Shown here: positions 47,846 to 61,800 of the stretch, one piece after another
Layout of the letters: each line of letters opens with the position of its first letter
How positions within the stretch are numbered: position 1 is the first letter of the stretch
Assembly (NCBI GenBank): GCA_035221665.1
Contig: CM069163.1
Span: forward strand, 20,026,001-20,090,000
Direction: 5' to 3'
Origin: Okamejei kenojei
Lineage: Eukaryota
DNA length: 64,000 bases
Notes under the pieces: model-generated
What the model saw: only the letters and a program-made list of their open reading frames with translations
What the model was told of the DNA's origin: nothing
Databases searched by the model: none
Program-made: the position numbers and the translations under genes

Positions 47846-50800
47846 GGCTACGCTACATGCTGTTGAACCATACACAGAATTTTGGTGATGGGGCGTCCTT
47901 ACGGGACTTATCAGGCCCATTCCAACTCATCAGCGCACCAAGCCCCACCCAAAGGCAAGAGGCGATGATGACACAATAAGGGTAATTGGGCAGATGAGAT
48001 TTTAATGAACGGTGGAACAGTGACCAGTTCATGCTCTGGAGGGATCAGGTATGTAAAATTTGAAGGGAGTAGAACATTAACAGTAGCATGGACGTCTATA
48101 ACCAGAAACAGAGCTTCGGGTAGACACAAAATGCTGGAGTAACTTGGCAGGACAGGCAGCATCTCTGGAGAGAAGGAATGAGTGGTATTTTGGGTCTAGA
48201 CCCTTCTCAGACTTCGTTTCGGGTCGAGACCTTTCTTCTCGACCCGAAACATCACCCATTCCTTCTCTCCAGAGACGCTGACTTCCCGCTGAGTCAATTT
48301 AATCCAGCATCTGCAGTTCTTTCCTACGCAGGGCTTCAAGTACCAGGAAGATTTAGTGGGGGAGATTTGGGGAAGTATTTTATTCAGTGGATGGTTGAAC
48401 CCTGGCAAGCATTAGCTACAGTGGTTGTGGAGGCAGATATTCTTTCAACATTTAACTGCCATTTAGCCGAGCATCTGAAACACACTGGCATGAGGGCTGA
48501 GGGCCAAGAGTTGCACAATGTCCAGGCCAATACTACATTGCCAACCAAGCACATTAATTGGACATTAATGGAGATACAAGGAGCTAGATGCTGGAATCCC
48601 AAGCAAAATAAAGTATTGGAGGAACTCAGCGGGTCAGGCAGCATCTGTGGTAACAATGAAATTGCATATTAGGTCTGGTCACTTCTGCAGGGCTCAATGG
48701 TCCTGACTCAAAAAGTCATCTATCCATTCCCTCAATGGATGTCTGAAGTGCCAAGTTCCTCCAACACCGTTTTTTCCTCAAATGGTCAATAATATTATGG
48801 AGGTCTGTTGAGAGATTACATGCCTCAATTCCTACATACAACTGTGTCTGAATTTCAAAAATATTGCACAGCTTGCAAATTACTTCAAAATTCACGATTC
48901 TTGCAACTTGTCAAGATAAATGTAGAGCAGTTTCCTTTGGCTGGGATACCAAATACCAGGGTCACAATCCCAAAACACAAGTAGTGAACCTATGGAATTC
49001 CTTCTAAATGGCTCAGTAGATTTTATTCAAGATAATGACAGATTTGTGGATAATCAAGGGCTAGAGCAGGAAAGAATTATAATCTAATCGAGTGAGAGAC
49101 CAAAGGAGCTAAATGATCTACATCTCATTATACTCATGCTTTTAAGCCATGTAAAGCCCAAGAAATGCAAGCTCGTCTCTTCTCTGGGTCAGCCCAAAGG
49201 TTGATCTCCTTGGTCTGTCGCCCGGTGGCTTTGCTTTGGAGCAAGGAGCTCTCTTCATTCAATTTCCAATGGTCAAGATCAGCACCAAACTGAGAGGTCA
49301 CAGGATGGTTCGCACGCCAGGAAATGCCCCATGGTGATGCGATTGCACACAAAAGGCAGAGTTCAGTGACATCTCCATGCACATCTCAGGCAGAGTTATA
49401 GTGACAGAGGTACAAATAGGATCAAACAAGAAATTAAGCCATTAGACCAAAACCTAAATGTCAGACTGGGGAAAGTAACCGAGGAAAATGTGAGGTGTCG
49501 ACCTGAAATGAAAGCATTCACGGAAACAGAACATCCTATTCAGCACACATACTAATCCTGTCATCAAAAGCCAGCACTTCCCTGCAAAACACAGCCGATA
49601 AAAATAGCTGCTGTTGACACACGGAGCTGGTGTGAAATCCGCAGTGGAAGAACATAATTAACTGCAGGAGAAATGAAAGCATCTCCTCTCACAGGCCTTT
49701 ACCAAGCACAACTCTGGTAACCTAGTTGAAACTATCAACAAATAATCAAGCAATACGTTGGATAGCCGCTATCCTCATTGTCCCTCACCAATCTGAAGGT
49801 TGTGAGGGAAATGTTCACCTCATCATGACAGTATAACAGTGCACAATTCAGATAGTAAGTTGCACCAAAGCCTTGGTCTCTCACAGGGGAACGTAAAAAT
49901 TCTTACTTCAGTTATGAATCCCTGTTTTGGACAAAATTGATTTATTAAACATGGAACAAAGTTATCAAATTGCAGACAGTGGGCATAAAGATAACTCATC
50001 TTGTTTTCTACATTACAATAGTGACTACATTTAAAGAATACTTCATTGGAAGCAAATTACTTAGACATCTACACATCACAAGAAATGCCTTTGGATTCGA
50101 AATAAAAGTCTGTCTTTTTCATCAATCCAGCATATTGACTAGTTTACTTCATTCTTTGGGTTTAAGCCATCCTGTTCTTTCCTAGAACACAAAGTGTTGG
50201 AGTAACTCAGCTGGTTAGGCAGCATCTCCAGAGGACAGGGATAGGTGACGTTTTGGTTGAGATACTTCTTTGCCAATCCATATCCTTCAGAGATGCTGTC
50301 CCGGTTCTAGCATCTGCAGCATTTGCTAAGAATCATCCCCTGGATGGTCAAGACTTTCCATGCCGTGAGCAGATGGGAACTGACGTTTTCAGCCCTCAGG
50401 TAAGTACAGGGCACAATCTCCGATCAAGTCACAAAATAGATCTTGAAATCCTTCTCACACCTTGTGGCAAAAGTTCATACACCCAAGGTGTTTCTCAATT
50501 TGTCTTTGGCCTCAAACTAATGTCATTCTCAGGCATGCTAATGTACATGTACATACCTTCCAGAGTATATAGGCCATTACTGCACCGGAACAGGCATCTC
50601 GTAGTTTCTGTGCCAAACATGCCTAGTTAATCTAATTTGATTTGCCTGCAAACAATCTATATCTCTCCATTCCGGACTCAGAAACAGCTTCTTCCCCGTT
50701 ATCAGACGACTGAACAGCCCTTTCATAACCTAGTGCATAATCCCAATCTGCCAACTTACCTCATCGCAGGCCTTGCAGTTTGTCTCCATAACTGCACCAC

Positions 50801-52311
50801 TACAATGCTGTAACTATACTGCACTCTGGTATTTTTCTGTTGCTCTCCGTTGCATTTGTATGCATGGTTTGATTGAACTCATGTATAACATGATTTGACT
50901 GGATAGCATCGTGATAAAGCCTTTCCCTATATTGTGTTACACTTGACAATAATAAATCAATACAAACATAGGCCCTTCGGCCCACATTGTCTGTGGCGAA
51001 CATGATGCCAAGTTAAACTAATCTTCTCTGCCTGCACATTATCCATACCTTTCCATTCCCAGCTTATCCATGTGCCTATCTAAAAGTCTCTTAAATGTCA
51101 CTATTGTATCTAGATACAACACCATTTTCTCAACACAAAGAACAATGTGAACTGCTGCACACATCCCAAAAAGGACAAAGTCTGCCTTCAATAATACAGC
51201 AAACTGGTTTAGCAATTCCTATTCCAACTAGGACTGTTCAAGGTCAAGCCCATTAGTTGATATCAATTAATTGACTAGAGGTCAAGAATTCAACTTGGGC
51301 ACTATCTTACTTCCATAGCTCTATCCAAAATCCAGGTACTATTTACTCACTGAATATAGCCGACACCATTTCATTTCTATTACTCTGGGAAACCTACTGT
51401 CTGATTTCATCTCAAACACTGCAGTGCGGTTACATATAGCTGATAAAGCACTTTTAACCAAAAGCTGAGAGGAAAATCCAAATAGATATCCCTCAAATAT
51501 CAATAAATATAGACCCGATTGTCTTACTCAAAATTATACTTTTGGAAATTTAAATATACTTTTTTGATCAAAATCAACTGTCTCCGATACAATCTTTAGT
51601 CACAAAGTACTAAAAGAAAATTAAGCTACTTTGAAAAGGGACTGCTGAATGCAAAAGCAGGCGTTAAACTCAACTAATTTTAATGCTAACTTCGCCATGC
51701 CATTGTTCCTTTGTGCTCTTGCCTGGAACAATTGCCACTTTATATCACCAAAATAACATCACATTCAGTTCTCGTCAGATTTGCATGGTGTGCATACTGA
51801 CATAGGCATCAGCTGCAAAGATATTAATAAACTATATAAAAGCAAGATACCGTGAATGCTAGAAATCCGACGCAAGCAAATGGTGAAAATATTCAGCAAG
51901 TCAGGCGGCAATAGAGAGGAAAATAAAAAGTACGCTAATGTTTTATGCAGCGCTTTTATGATAGACAAAAAGATACTGGTACGCATGATTAATAAACACA
52001 TCACATGGCCAGAGTGTGAAATAATGACGTTTATCTTTATAAAGGTGCTGATCATGTACCATTATCATCATTTAAAAAAAAGCACTAGTTATATGTCAAT
52101 GACTCAAGATCAGAACTGCACGTTATAGATATTACACATTTTACGGTGCAGAGGGTTGGTTAAAGTGGAGGAAAGAATAAAAACGGTTGTTACAGAATGC
52201 AGAGAAAAAAACATTCTGATAAACATGACGAGAAGGCAATGTTAAAGGCAATGGTAACAGAAATGAATTAAAAAGATAGGTACCTTTTAAACAGCATATT
52301 CATTATCTGAG

Positions 52312-52904
52312 GGTACACAAAAGGCTGGAGAAACTCAGCGGGTGCAGCAGCATCTAAGGAGCAAAGGAGATAGGCAATGTTTCGGGTCAAGACCCTTCTT
52401 CAGACTGGTCAGGGATCAGGGAAACGAGAGATATAGACGGTGATGTGGAGAGATAAAGAACAAATAATGAAAGATATGCAAAAAAGTATCGATGATAAAG
52501 GGAACAAGCCATTGGTAAGCTGTTTGTGGTGTGAAAATGAGAAGCTAGTGCGACTAGGGTGGGGGAGGGAGATGGAGAGAGAGGGAATGCTAGGGCCCGA
52601 GGGCTGAGGGAGAGGTGGGAAGGGGCGGAAACAGCAAGGGTTAACAGAATTGAGAAAATTCAATGTTCAAGCCCAGAGGATGCAGACTCCCCAAGCGGAA
52701 TATGAGGTGCTGTTCCTCCAACTTGCGGTGTTGCTCACTCTGGCCGTGGAGGAGGCCCAGGACCGAGAGGTCGGATACGAAATGGGAGGGGGAGTTGAAG
52801 TGCTGAGCCACCGGGAGGTCGGCTTGGTTATTGCGGACCGAGCGGAGGTGTTCAGCGAAACGATCGCCAAGCCTCCGCTTGGTCTCACCGATATAGATCA
52901 TCTC
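52312..52904 (-). mobile_element. 5'-truncated Penelope-like element: GIY-YIG endonuclease C-terminus + 3' terminal repeat
   Basis: [59 protein letters not shown]; 12-bp TSD TCATTATCTGAG at 52300-52311 and 52905-52916. Confidence 0.9.
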
Positions 52905-53454
52905 TCATTATCTGAGATCGATATTCCAACAGGATTCAACAATCAGAGCTCCCATTCCTGGTTGCTATTCAATAAATATTGGACTGGCATGGAATTGAGC
53001 TTAACTGGTGCTTTCTGAAGCGGAACAAACTGACTATTGGTATTGGTTTATTATTGATACATGTACCAAGATAGTGGAAAGTTTTTGTATGCATGCGATC
53101 CAATCAAAGCAGATACTATACACGAGTACAATCAACTCATGCACGAGCACAAAGTGCAAAATATCACTGAATATTAGTTTTTTGGGATTGTAGCGCAACA
53201 GTTCCAGATTAAAAAGTCCATTGTCTGCATTTAGGTATGCTGGAAATTTGGGACTACACCCTAACATATGGGGAGGATTGTTCCCGAGTCTGATGGTATG
53301 TACTTTCAAGCTTTTGTTGCTTCTGCCTAATGGAAGCAGGGAGAAGAGGGAATAACACAAGTGAAAAATGTCCCTCATGAAGCTGAGTAGCCTATTAAAA
53401 TTCAAATCCAGATTCATAATAAATGCCTTAATTTAATATCATAAAACGTACTAA

Positions 53455-53804
53455 AGGGCCTGTCCCACTTTCCCGAGTTATTCACGAATTCTCCCGAGTA
53501 ATTCACGAATTCTCCAGAGTTTTCAAACTCGCAGAATGTTCGTAACGAGTCCTTAGGAGTTTGTGGATATATCATAGCGGCTCGTTATGCCAGCCGTAGG
53601 TACTCAGGGCATCAGGTAAGTTGGGACTTTTTTCAGCATGATGAAAAATGTCCACGAGTAAAAAAATAGCCCCGAGTACCTACGGCCGGCGTAACGAGCC
53701 GCTACGATATATCCACGGACTCCTACGGCCTCGTTTACGAACATTCTGCGAGTTTGAAAACTCGGGAGAATTCGTGAATAACTCAGGAAAGTGGGACAGG
53801 CCCT
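53455..53804. mobile_element. PIF/Harbinger-like hairpin MITE
   Basis: TIR AGGGCCTGTCCCACTT extended to ~135-155-bp inverted arms; perfect TAA TSD; truncated relative at 17229-17291. Confidence 0.88.
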
Positions 53805-54729
53805 TAAGATCAGCACCCCAAAGGATTTTTAAAATAAACTTTTATGAATATGTACATATAAACTGGGGATTTTAACATCATTTACCACACATTGTTGTCC
53901 ATATCTTAATGCAAACCGCATTCCATTCACCCATTATGTGAAACAGTAGTTCTGAACACTTTGCTAGGCGGTGGCAATGGGACAGGGTGTATAACTTGCA
54001 GCAAACAGTAAATCTACTCAGCAAGCTGTCCATTTGAAGAATAAACATTCACTCACAACAGTATGGTTGCTTAACTTGATTGCGACTTCTGCAGCATGTA
54101 CAGGTGGACCATTGCAACTTTCACGAAGGCAAGCAGAAGGTGTTGGAATCTGAAATGCAAAATGCTGGGAAGGCATAGCATCTAAGGAGAGAGAGCGATG
54201 GAGACGTTAACATTTCAACTACGGTGCGTTTTTTTGTATCCTGTGTAGAATTGGTGGTGAACCGACTCCATTGTAGACATAACGGTATTCATAAAAATTA
54301 TGAAGTTTAAAAAGTATCCCAAATTCAGAGATTAAATATCTAGTCTTGAATGGAAATGTTATAATTGACCAGTTTCTGGCTTATCATGCTGAAAGATAAG
54401 GCGGAAAGGAACTCCAACAATACGTTATATTTTATGACCTCAACTTTTCCTGCTATGATCATTGAATTACGTCCAAGTTATTGGTCTGTACATTTCATGT
54501 GGGTTGGGGTCAAATTTTGTCCGATTACATTCCAGCCTTACGAAGCAAATTGCTGTGTGAAGAGTCCCAGAGACACCTTGCGGCTAATCTGCATTGATAA
54601 GATACTCTAAATGTGAAGTGATCAAATCAATCATTGGAGTCAAAGAGACATACAGCAGGCCCTTTAGTCCACCTTGTCTATGATGCCCATTTGCCTGTAA
54701 TTGACCCATATTTCTAAAACCTTTCCTGT

Positions 54730-55233
54730 TGTCAAAGATAAATCGCAGACAGCAAGGGATAGGGATAGGTAGGGAGCTTAAAAATGTTTAAAGTTCTCTA
54801 AATGTGTTATAAGAATTATGTGCTTTAAAGAAGGTTGAACCCGAGCATGTGTAACTGACACTCACTGCAGTCTACTTTAGACAGATTCTCTTCTCTGTTG
54901 TCAAAGGACAAATGGCAATCGTAAAACAATAAAATAAGGTCGAACGGGTAACCGGACATTTGCTTATCTGGAATTGGGCTGTTTACTCTGCTGTGTATTC
55001 CAGAGCTGCATGATGTATTTTGTTAAAAGACCATTTGGAAGAAGGAGAATTTCCTAAAGTGCCTTCCGCAATAAACAAAACATCAAAGGAAAAATTTGTA
55101 TATGTAGATAAATCTTTGTTCATTGAGCACTCCTAGATTGCTCACTGTACAGAATACTGTATTTCACATTCTTAAATAAAGTCTTGATTGTCTTCCCCAA
55201 TCTTTGTGTTATGTTTTAAAGTTATCTTCAACA
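54730..55233 (+). mobile_element. Probable solo LTR (504 bp)
   Basis: TGTCAAAG...CTTCAACA termini, 4-bp TSD CTGT/CTAT (1 mismatch), AATAAA at 55175; interrupts a CR1 tail (aaacctttcctatccatgtacc). Confidence 0.65.
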
Positions 55234-55874
55234 CTATCCATGTACCTGTTCTGTTTTCTTTTAATTTTATACCTGCCTCATAGAATTCCCCTGACAACTC
55301 GTTTCATGTACTTATCACCGCTTGTGTGGAAAAGGTTGCTTCAGGCTTAAATCTTTCTCCTCTTGCATTAAATCTATACCCTCTAGCCCTTGATTCCCAA
55401 TTCTGGGTTAATAACTGTATACACATGCTCAGAGATGTGAAGAATTTTCCACCACTTCAATTTCCCTGGAATCGCCGAGGTCCACTTGAATGTAAGCAGG
55501 GATTTAGTCTCAAGTCTCATTCCATCTCCATCAGTTCAACACATAACATTGCAATCGAACATTAGTCTTGGTTCCACCAACGTCTGTGGCACGGACTTCG
55601 GTTTGTGATTCACCGATGACAGTTCTAGGACTGATGCACGATCACCTGTGCATCAACACTTTGGTCAGTTTTAAAGTTTGATGAAAAAACATTTAATAGT
55701 GCCCAACCTTTTCAAAACTATCTCCAAAAAAACCCAAAATGACACAGCATGGATCAAGACTATCTTTCCCACAAATTCAGCCAGCAATGTGTAACAGAAT
55801 CTCATACTGAAGCTATAAATATTGAATAAAACAGACCATGACAGTAGACACAAAAACAGTTCAAGTGTGTTACT

Positions 55875-55880
55875 TTTATT
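55875..55880 (-). terminator. Probable NACC2 polyadenylation signal
   Basis: AATAAA on the minus strand followed ~20 nt later by GT-rich TGTTTTTGTGTCT; a second AATAAA at 56212-56217. Confidence 0.55.
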
Positions 55881-58800
55881 GAACACGTTAAATCTTGGCC
55901 AAATCTAGAAACAGTCCCAGAATTTAACAGTCATCTTGCTGGAGAAACAGTCCCAACAGTGCCATTTTCAGTAAGGCAGCTCTATCTATACAATCTTTCC
56001 TCGAACTTAAAGGTGCAAATGCGTTGAAATGGCTCAGACATTTTACAGTGTAATTTAAAAATAATTAATTTTTACAAACCCGCTGCAGGTCAGGCAAATC
56101 TCTTAAATTTTTTTTTCACAATGAACACTTTCCCAGTTTTAATCACAGAAGCATACAGAAACATATAACATTTCTTCCATCCTGATATGTTAGTTAAAAC
56201 AAGTGTGAGGCTTTATTGTTTGCTTTGGTGCCAAAAGGTTTCTCCAATTATGTTGCTATTAAAGTTGCAGTGTTAGGTTTTGATAGATCTGCTTCACAAA
56301 CTTGAAAGAGGTAGGGCAAGCAAAATGGAAACAAATCAGCGTGAATGCTTTGAAAATATTACAAGACAGACAAAGTTTCCTCAAAATCAAACAATTTTCC
56401 ATTCTGTAGCATAAAATATAAACAGAATATCTTTCTCAGGGCATCCTGAAGCTCCTTATGGCAAAGTCTTTCAGAACATTAAATCAAGTCAGAGAGTTTG
56501 GCTAGATGCCTCTTCAATACTTCAATAGTCCGTCAGTACTGCATTGGAGGGTGTCAAAAGTTACAATACACTGACCTTGCTGGTACCCCACATCTAAATA
56601 TTCGATTTGTGCATTTTCTTGTTGCTTTGCTCAGTTAGAAATTACAGGGAAGAGCTTTTGGGTCAAAGACTGTTGAAAACGATCAATTTAAGATATGCTC
56701 ATAGATCATGAAGTGGTGATCCATTTATGCAGTTTATGAGCCTTTTCTAAACAAAAACTGCAGATGCTGGAATCTAGAGCAAAACACAAAGTGCTGAATG
56801 AACTCAGCAGGTCAAGCAGCATTTGTGAAGGGAATGGACAGTCAATGTATTAGATTGGAACCCTTCTTGAGACTGGATAAAAAGGAAATTGTATTTTTGC
56901 TAATGTGATGAACACTTTTTATACAAACGTATTTGAGCCAAAAATGCAGTTATGTTACGAAAAAAATGCAGTAAGCCAATTGCTGTGGATTTAAATTAAA
57001 CTCATGTTGATAAGATCTGACTGTAGCACAAGGACTGGGCATTTTTCAGTGTACAAGCAGTTATTAAAATAAATTAACTGTTTTGTTTGGAGGAGGTGTG
57101 ACTGATGTCAATGTTTAAACACCAACTTCATATTAAATAAAAACAAGCTTGCAACATTTTTTGTCTCCTCCTCACACCTTCCAAGGATTTTGAAATTAAC
57201 TCTCTCCAATTCTTAAAGTTGTTCTCATTCTATATAAAGCAGTTTCTCAATTCTTTATGGTGGAATACTAAACCACGGCAAAGATAGTTTGATTTGTGCT
57301 CAATTGCTCGCTCAATCGTAAATGTAGAGATGGATTGTGTAGCTGGGTGAGCGAGGAAGCACAGAGTTAATGATTAGTGGGGATACCTGCTAACTCTCTT
57401 CAGCAATCAATAGATGCTGGTGGGAACAAGGATTCAGCTGATGCTTATGATACTCAGTTTCACACAACAGCTGTGCCAGAAGATGCTAGCTACCCAGAGC
57501 AGGTCAAAGGGAGAGGGAAAACCCCAATTCAACAGCAAATCAACCCAACGTTAACAGTAGGCATAAAGAACTGCTGGTGTTGGTTTACCAAAAACGATAC
57601 AAAGTGCTGGAGTAACTCAGCAAGTCCGACAGCATCTCTGGATAGGTGATGTTTCTGGTCGGGAAAGGAAGGGCCACGATCCAAATCATCGCCTATCCAT
57701 ATTCTCCAGAGATGCTGACTGTTCCGCTGAACTACTCCAGCACTTTGTGTCTTTTAACATTAACAGTATCTTCAACTCGAAGTGGCTGGATTTCACATCA
57801 CATGTCCTGCTAACCATACCAAGTTCTGTTCACTCAGCAGATCTAGAGATTTCTTCACTTTATTCCTACCTTGGAAGCTTCCCTGTCAGATGTATTTGAA
57901 AAACACACTGAATAGGTTCAGGGTTCCAATTTCAAGCTTCCACACAAAGACGATGTAATTCTTGTAACAATTTGACAAATCCCCTAAACCAGCATTGCAG
58001 ACATGGGACAATTATCTTCATAAATCTACAGTACATTTAATATACACAAGCTTTCAAATAAGTAATATGTGAGATTCCCAAAGGCAGAAGCATCTGTTCC
58101 TTGTACCTTTAAAATAAAATAGAAGTACAATCACAAGGATGTGTTGGTGGTGTTTTGAAAGCTAAATGGAGAGTGTGCTACCGGCCAACCATAAAGAATT
58201 CAATTGATTAGGAACCAGGCCCAATCAGGAAGATTAGTATTTTAAAAGATCCCAGTTTGTTGGAAATATAAACGTGTAATTTCAAAATTAAAAAAAAGAT
58301 TGTGACGAGAGTTTCTTGATGCCAAGTGAAATGATTTGTCAACATATTAGTCAAAGCGGCTAGATATTTAGTTTGGAGATCCAGCATGGAAACAGGCCCT
58401 TTGGCCCAAGTCCACACCGCCTATTTGCCCCAGGCAGGTTATCCCTCGTTCTCATCTTCTCCCTACACAAGGGACAATTTTACAGAGGTCAATTAACCAT
58501 TCAACCTGCATGTCTTTGAAATGTGTGTGAAACAAGAGCACCTGGAGAAAACTCTCATGGTCAAGGAGAACATGCAGTACTCCACAGACAGCAACTGGGA
58601 TTAGGATCGAATGCAGGTCTCCAACGTTGTGAGGAAGCAGCTCTACCAGCTCCACGCTGCCACCCTACTGCTCCCAACTGTTTGTAGGAATAAAATGGTT
58701 CCAAAATGGGATTTGTTGATGAGTGCTGGAAACAGACCAGGACTTTGTTGTCACCTAAAACATCCTGCCTGCAAAGTTCAGTTCTTAGATAACATGGATT

Positions 58801-61800
58801 ATAAATTTAGTGATTTCATAAATGTTATCGTCTGTGGATTACATCGTTTAAACAAAACTGTTCAGCAAAAAGAAAAGCATCAAAATGAGTACAACATTGC
58901 ACTCTCCAGACGAACTAGTATGTGAAATTTGATAGAGCTTTGTATTAAAAATATTAGTTGGCTCACATGCTTCACAAGTGCATGCAGAAAAAGCACTCTT
59001 TTTTCACAGCATGTGAAAATACCTCTCTACTGAATCAGACGTGCAAAATTCTACTGGTGAATTCAGAAAACTAAGAGGGACTTTTTTTTCCAATCGTGTG
59101 AATGTTTGAATCAGCAAATCTCTCAATAGGTTCCTGACAGCTGCATTAATGGTCTAGAAATAGTGCAGTTAGAAAAAGTTAATGTGGCTGATGCACAATT
59201 ACATTTTTTTTAATCTTTTGGCAGAGTCCATCAAATGTCCCTTGTAGCTTCTTCATTCTCCTTCCTCGCCATCACCCACTGCACCATTTCATTCCTAGTA
59301 TTTAATGCCAGGAATTTGAAGCCATTCAGTTTATTTTCATTTTCATCCCTGATCACTGTAGTTTAGTGCAATTTTACTGATGTTCTGCAGTTAACTGAAG
59401 AATAATTTGTTAAAAAATTAGGTTTCCTACACTCGAGGATTCAAAAACCCTCGCATCAAACCTTGAGTTGCAAAATTTAGAGCTGCAGTTATTCAATTTT
59501 AATTGAGTGTTTTTAATCTTCATTGAGTTAATACTACTTCCAAATACCAGCTGGAAAATCTAGTAGTTAACATCCATTTCAGCATAAGTACCAGAACTAC
59601 TACAATACCACAAATTATATTTTGTTATATTGATCATTTTAACATCCTACACCATAAATCATGCTCACCAAGTTATTCTTATTTTGTCATTTTAGAGTTG
59701 TATTTTTACTTATTTGTTGTGTATACATCATTTAATCCATTCAGGCCCAACATTGCAAAGCACCATTTAACTTAAAGCTTTTGGGCATAGGAACTTTCTT
59801 GGAGTGCTTCCAAACCATTGGGTTGCATACATCCTCCATTTAGTAAGCTTGGTAAATTCAAAACGTGATGCAAGATCGCTACCCTCAGGCCAAAAATAGG
59901 AGGCCTATCTTTTAACAAAAGCATTTCTTAAAACACCCTCAAATTATCAGAATTTTTCCCATATTGAATCAGATTATTAATCCTGAACGGATAAGGCATT
60001 GGGCCATCTTCAAGAACAGGGTAGCCATGAAGTTGACTTTTATGATTTGTGTATTTTTTAGAAATTATCTCCTTTATATATGAAGGTGCCTAGCTGATCC
60101 AATGGTTGAATTAAAAAAGGTCATGTGCAACACTGCAACCTGGGGTTCATATCATCTCTGGAAAGCACCTACTCTGTAGTTCTTGAATCTTACACCAAAG
60201 ACTATAATTGTCCTCCCACTGCCTCTCCTTTTCCATTGAACTGATGTATTTTAACTGCAAGATCAAAGGATAAAGCATAACATTTGCTTTTTAAATTGTT
60301 AGTGTATATTTGGTTATATTTCTAACAGTTTTGCACCATTTGTTTCTCTACTAAGTTCAAGGCTTTGACATTGTGCTTGACAATGTAGTTCAAGGTCAGC
60401 AATTCAGTATGAAACATGCCTTGCCATGCTGGGATTACGGTGCGTTTGCCTGCAAGATAGTGAGCAGAACATAGAAGAGCAGGGGGGGAGGGGGGGAGTC
60501 AAAGAAATGAGTTGCACCAGCACTTTATTAGAATTTGACCAGTATCCCATAAAGGCAATTACCATCATTAACATCAGTGCATTGATGGGCAGGAAGACGA
60601 GGTGAGGCATGTGAAAAACAAGTCATAAAGTCATTGAGCATGGAACAAAGCTCTTCAGCCAGCTTGTCCATGCCGACCTAAGATGAAATGTTCCACTGTG
60701 AAATAGATGTTTTGAGACCTTCCTGGTTTAAATATACAAAGGTTTTTTTTTCCAAAACCAATATGCCAGTTGACCATTAAATTCAACCTGGCTGAAAAAT
60801 GATCTTAATTGCTGGAAAGACTAAATGGAACCTGCTCACACTTGTGTGTTCTTGCCCAAATGAAAAAGGCATGTAGAAATTGTATTGAGGGGAGGAGACA
60901 TGGAACTGCAGATGCTGGATGCCTGAGCAAAACACAAAGTGCTGGAGGAACTCAGCAGGTCAGACAGCATCTGTGGATGCAATGGACAGACGCTTGCCAA
61001 AAAGAATATAAACAGCCACCACAGGCAGGTGTGGTGGGCATTTATATTCTTTATGGTGGGCACCTGTACTTCAGCATTTTGCATTCTGTTCAGTATTGAG
61101 AGCAGTTGCATTGTTTACCCCCCAAATTGGAAAAATTCAAAATGGAATCATCGGGCCCTTCTAACAGTTCCTTGAGTTCAGCCCTACATTACCCATCTCC
61201 AAACCCATAGTGCACAAGTGTCTCTATCCCAAGCAGTAATAGTAGTGTGCCATTTTGAAAGTTGAACGGCAGAACACATGATAGGTTTGCATAATCTCCC
61301 AGATTTGGGGCAATACCGCAGGAAGACATAGGTTTTCATTCTTTTGAACTCAAGAGGGAAAGAAATGTAAGTTGCAGCATATTATGCCAGGTTCAAAGGG
61401 AGAATGAATAATGGTAGTCAGTCCTTCCCCTCAAAAGGGGGGCAGGGTATTTTTGGAGCAGCTAACCATCTATCCTGTGAACAAAAGTGTAAATTAAGAT
61501 ATAATCTCAAAACACTCAAGTTACCCGAGAGCATTACGTTTAGCTTTTAAAGAAAGTAATAAATGATTATAGCCAGTAAACTATTATTGGTCTTTTACTG
61601 GAAAGGAACAAAGGTAAGAAAATATACTGGACTGCCCCAGGACTTTATTCAGTAATCTAACCACATGAATCTGTAGGAAGGAGGATGTTAAATATATATA
61701 TCAATGAACCAACCACAAGCAGGAAAATCAGCATTCTGGAGAGTGTTCAGGCAATTACATCATTGCCATCACCCTCGCAAAAATATTACATTGAGATCTT

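Noticed and set aside
48178-48672. 164-aa ORF
   Set aside because: Chance read-through of adjacent Penelope and CR1 fragments.
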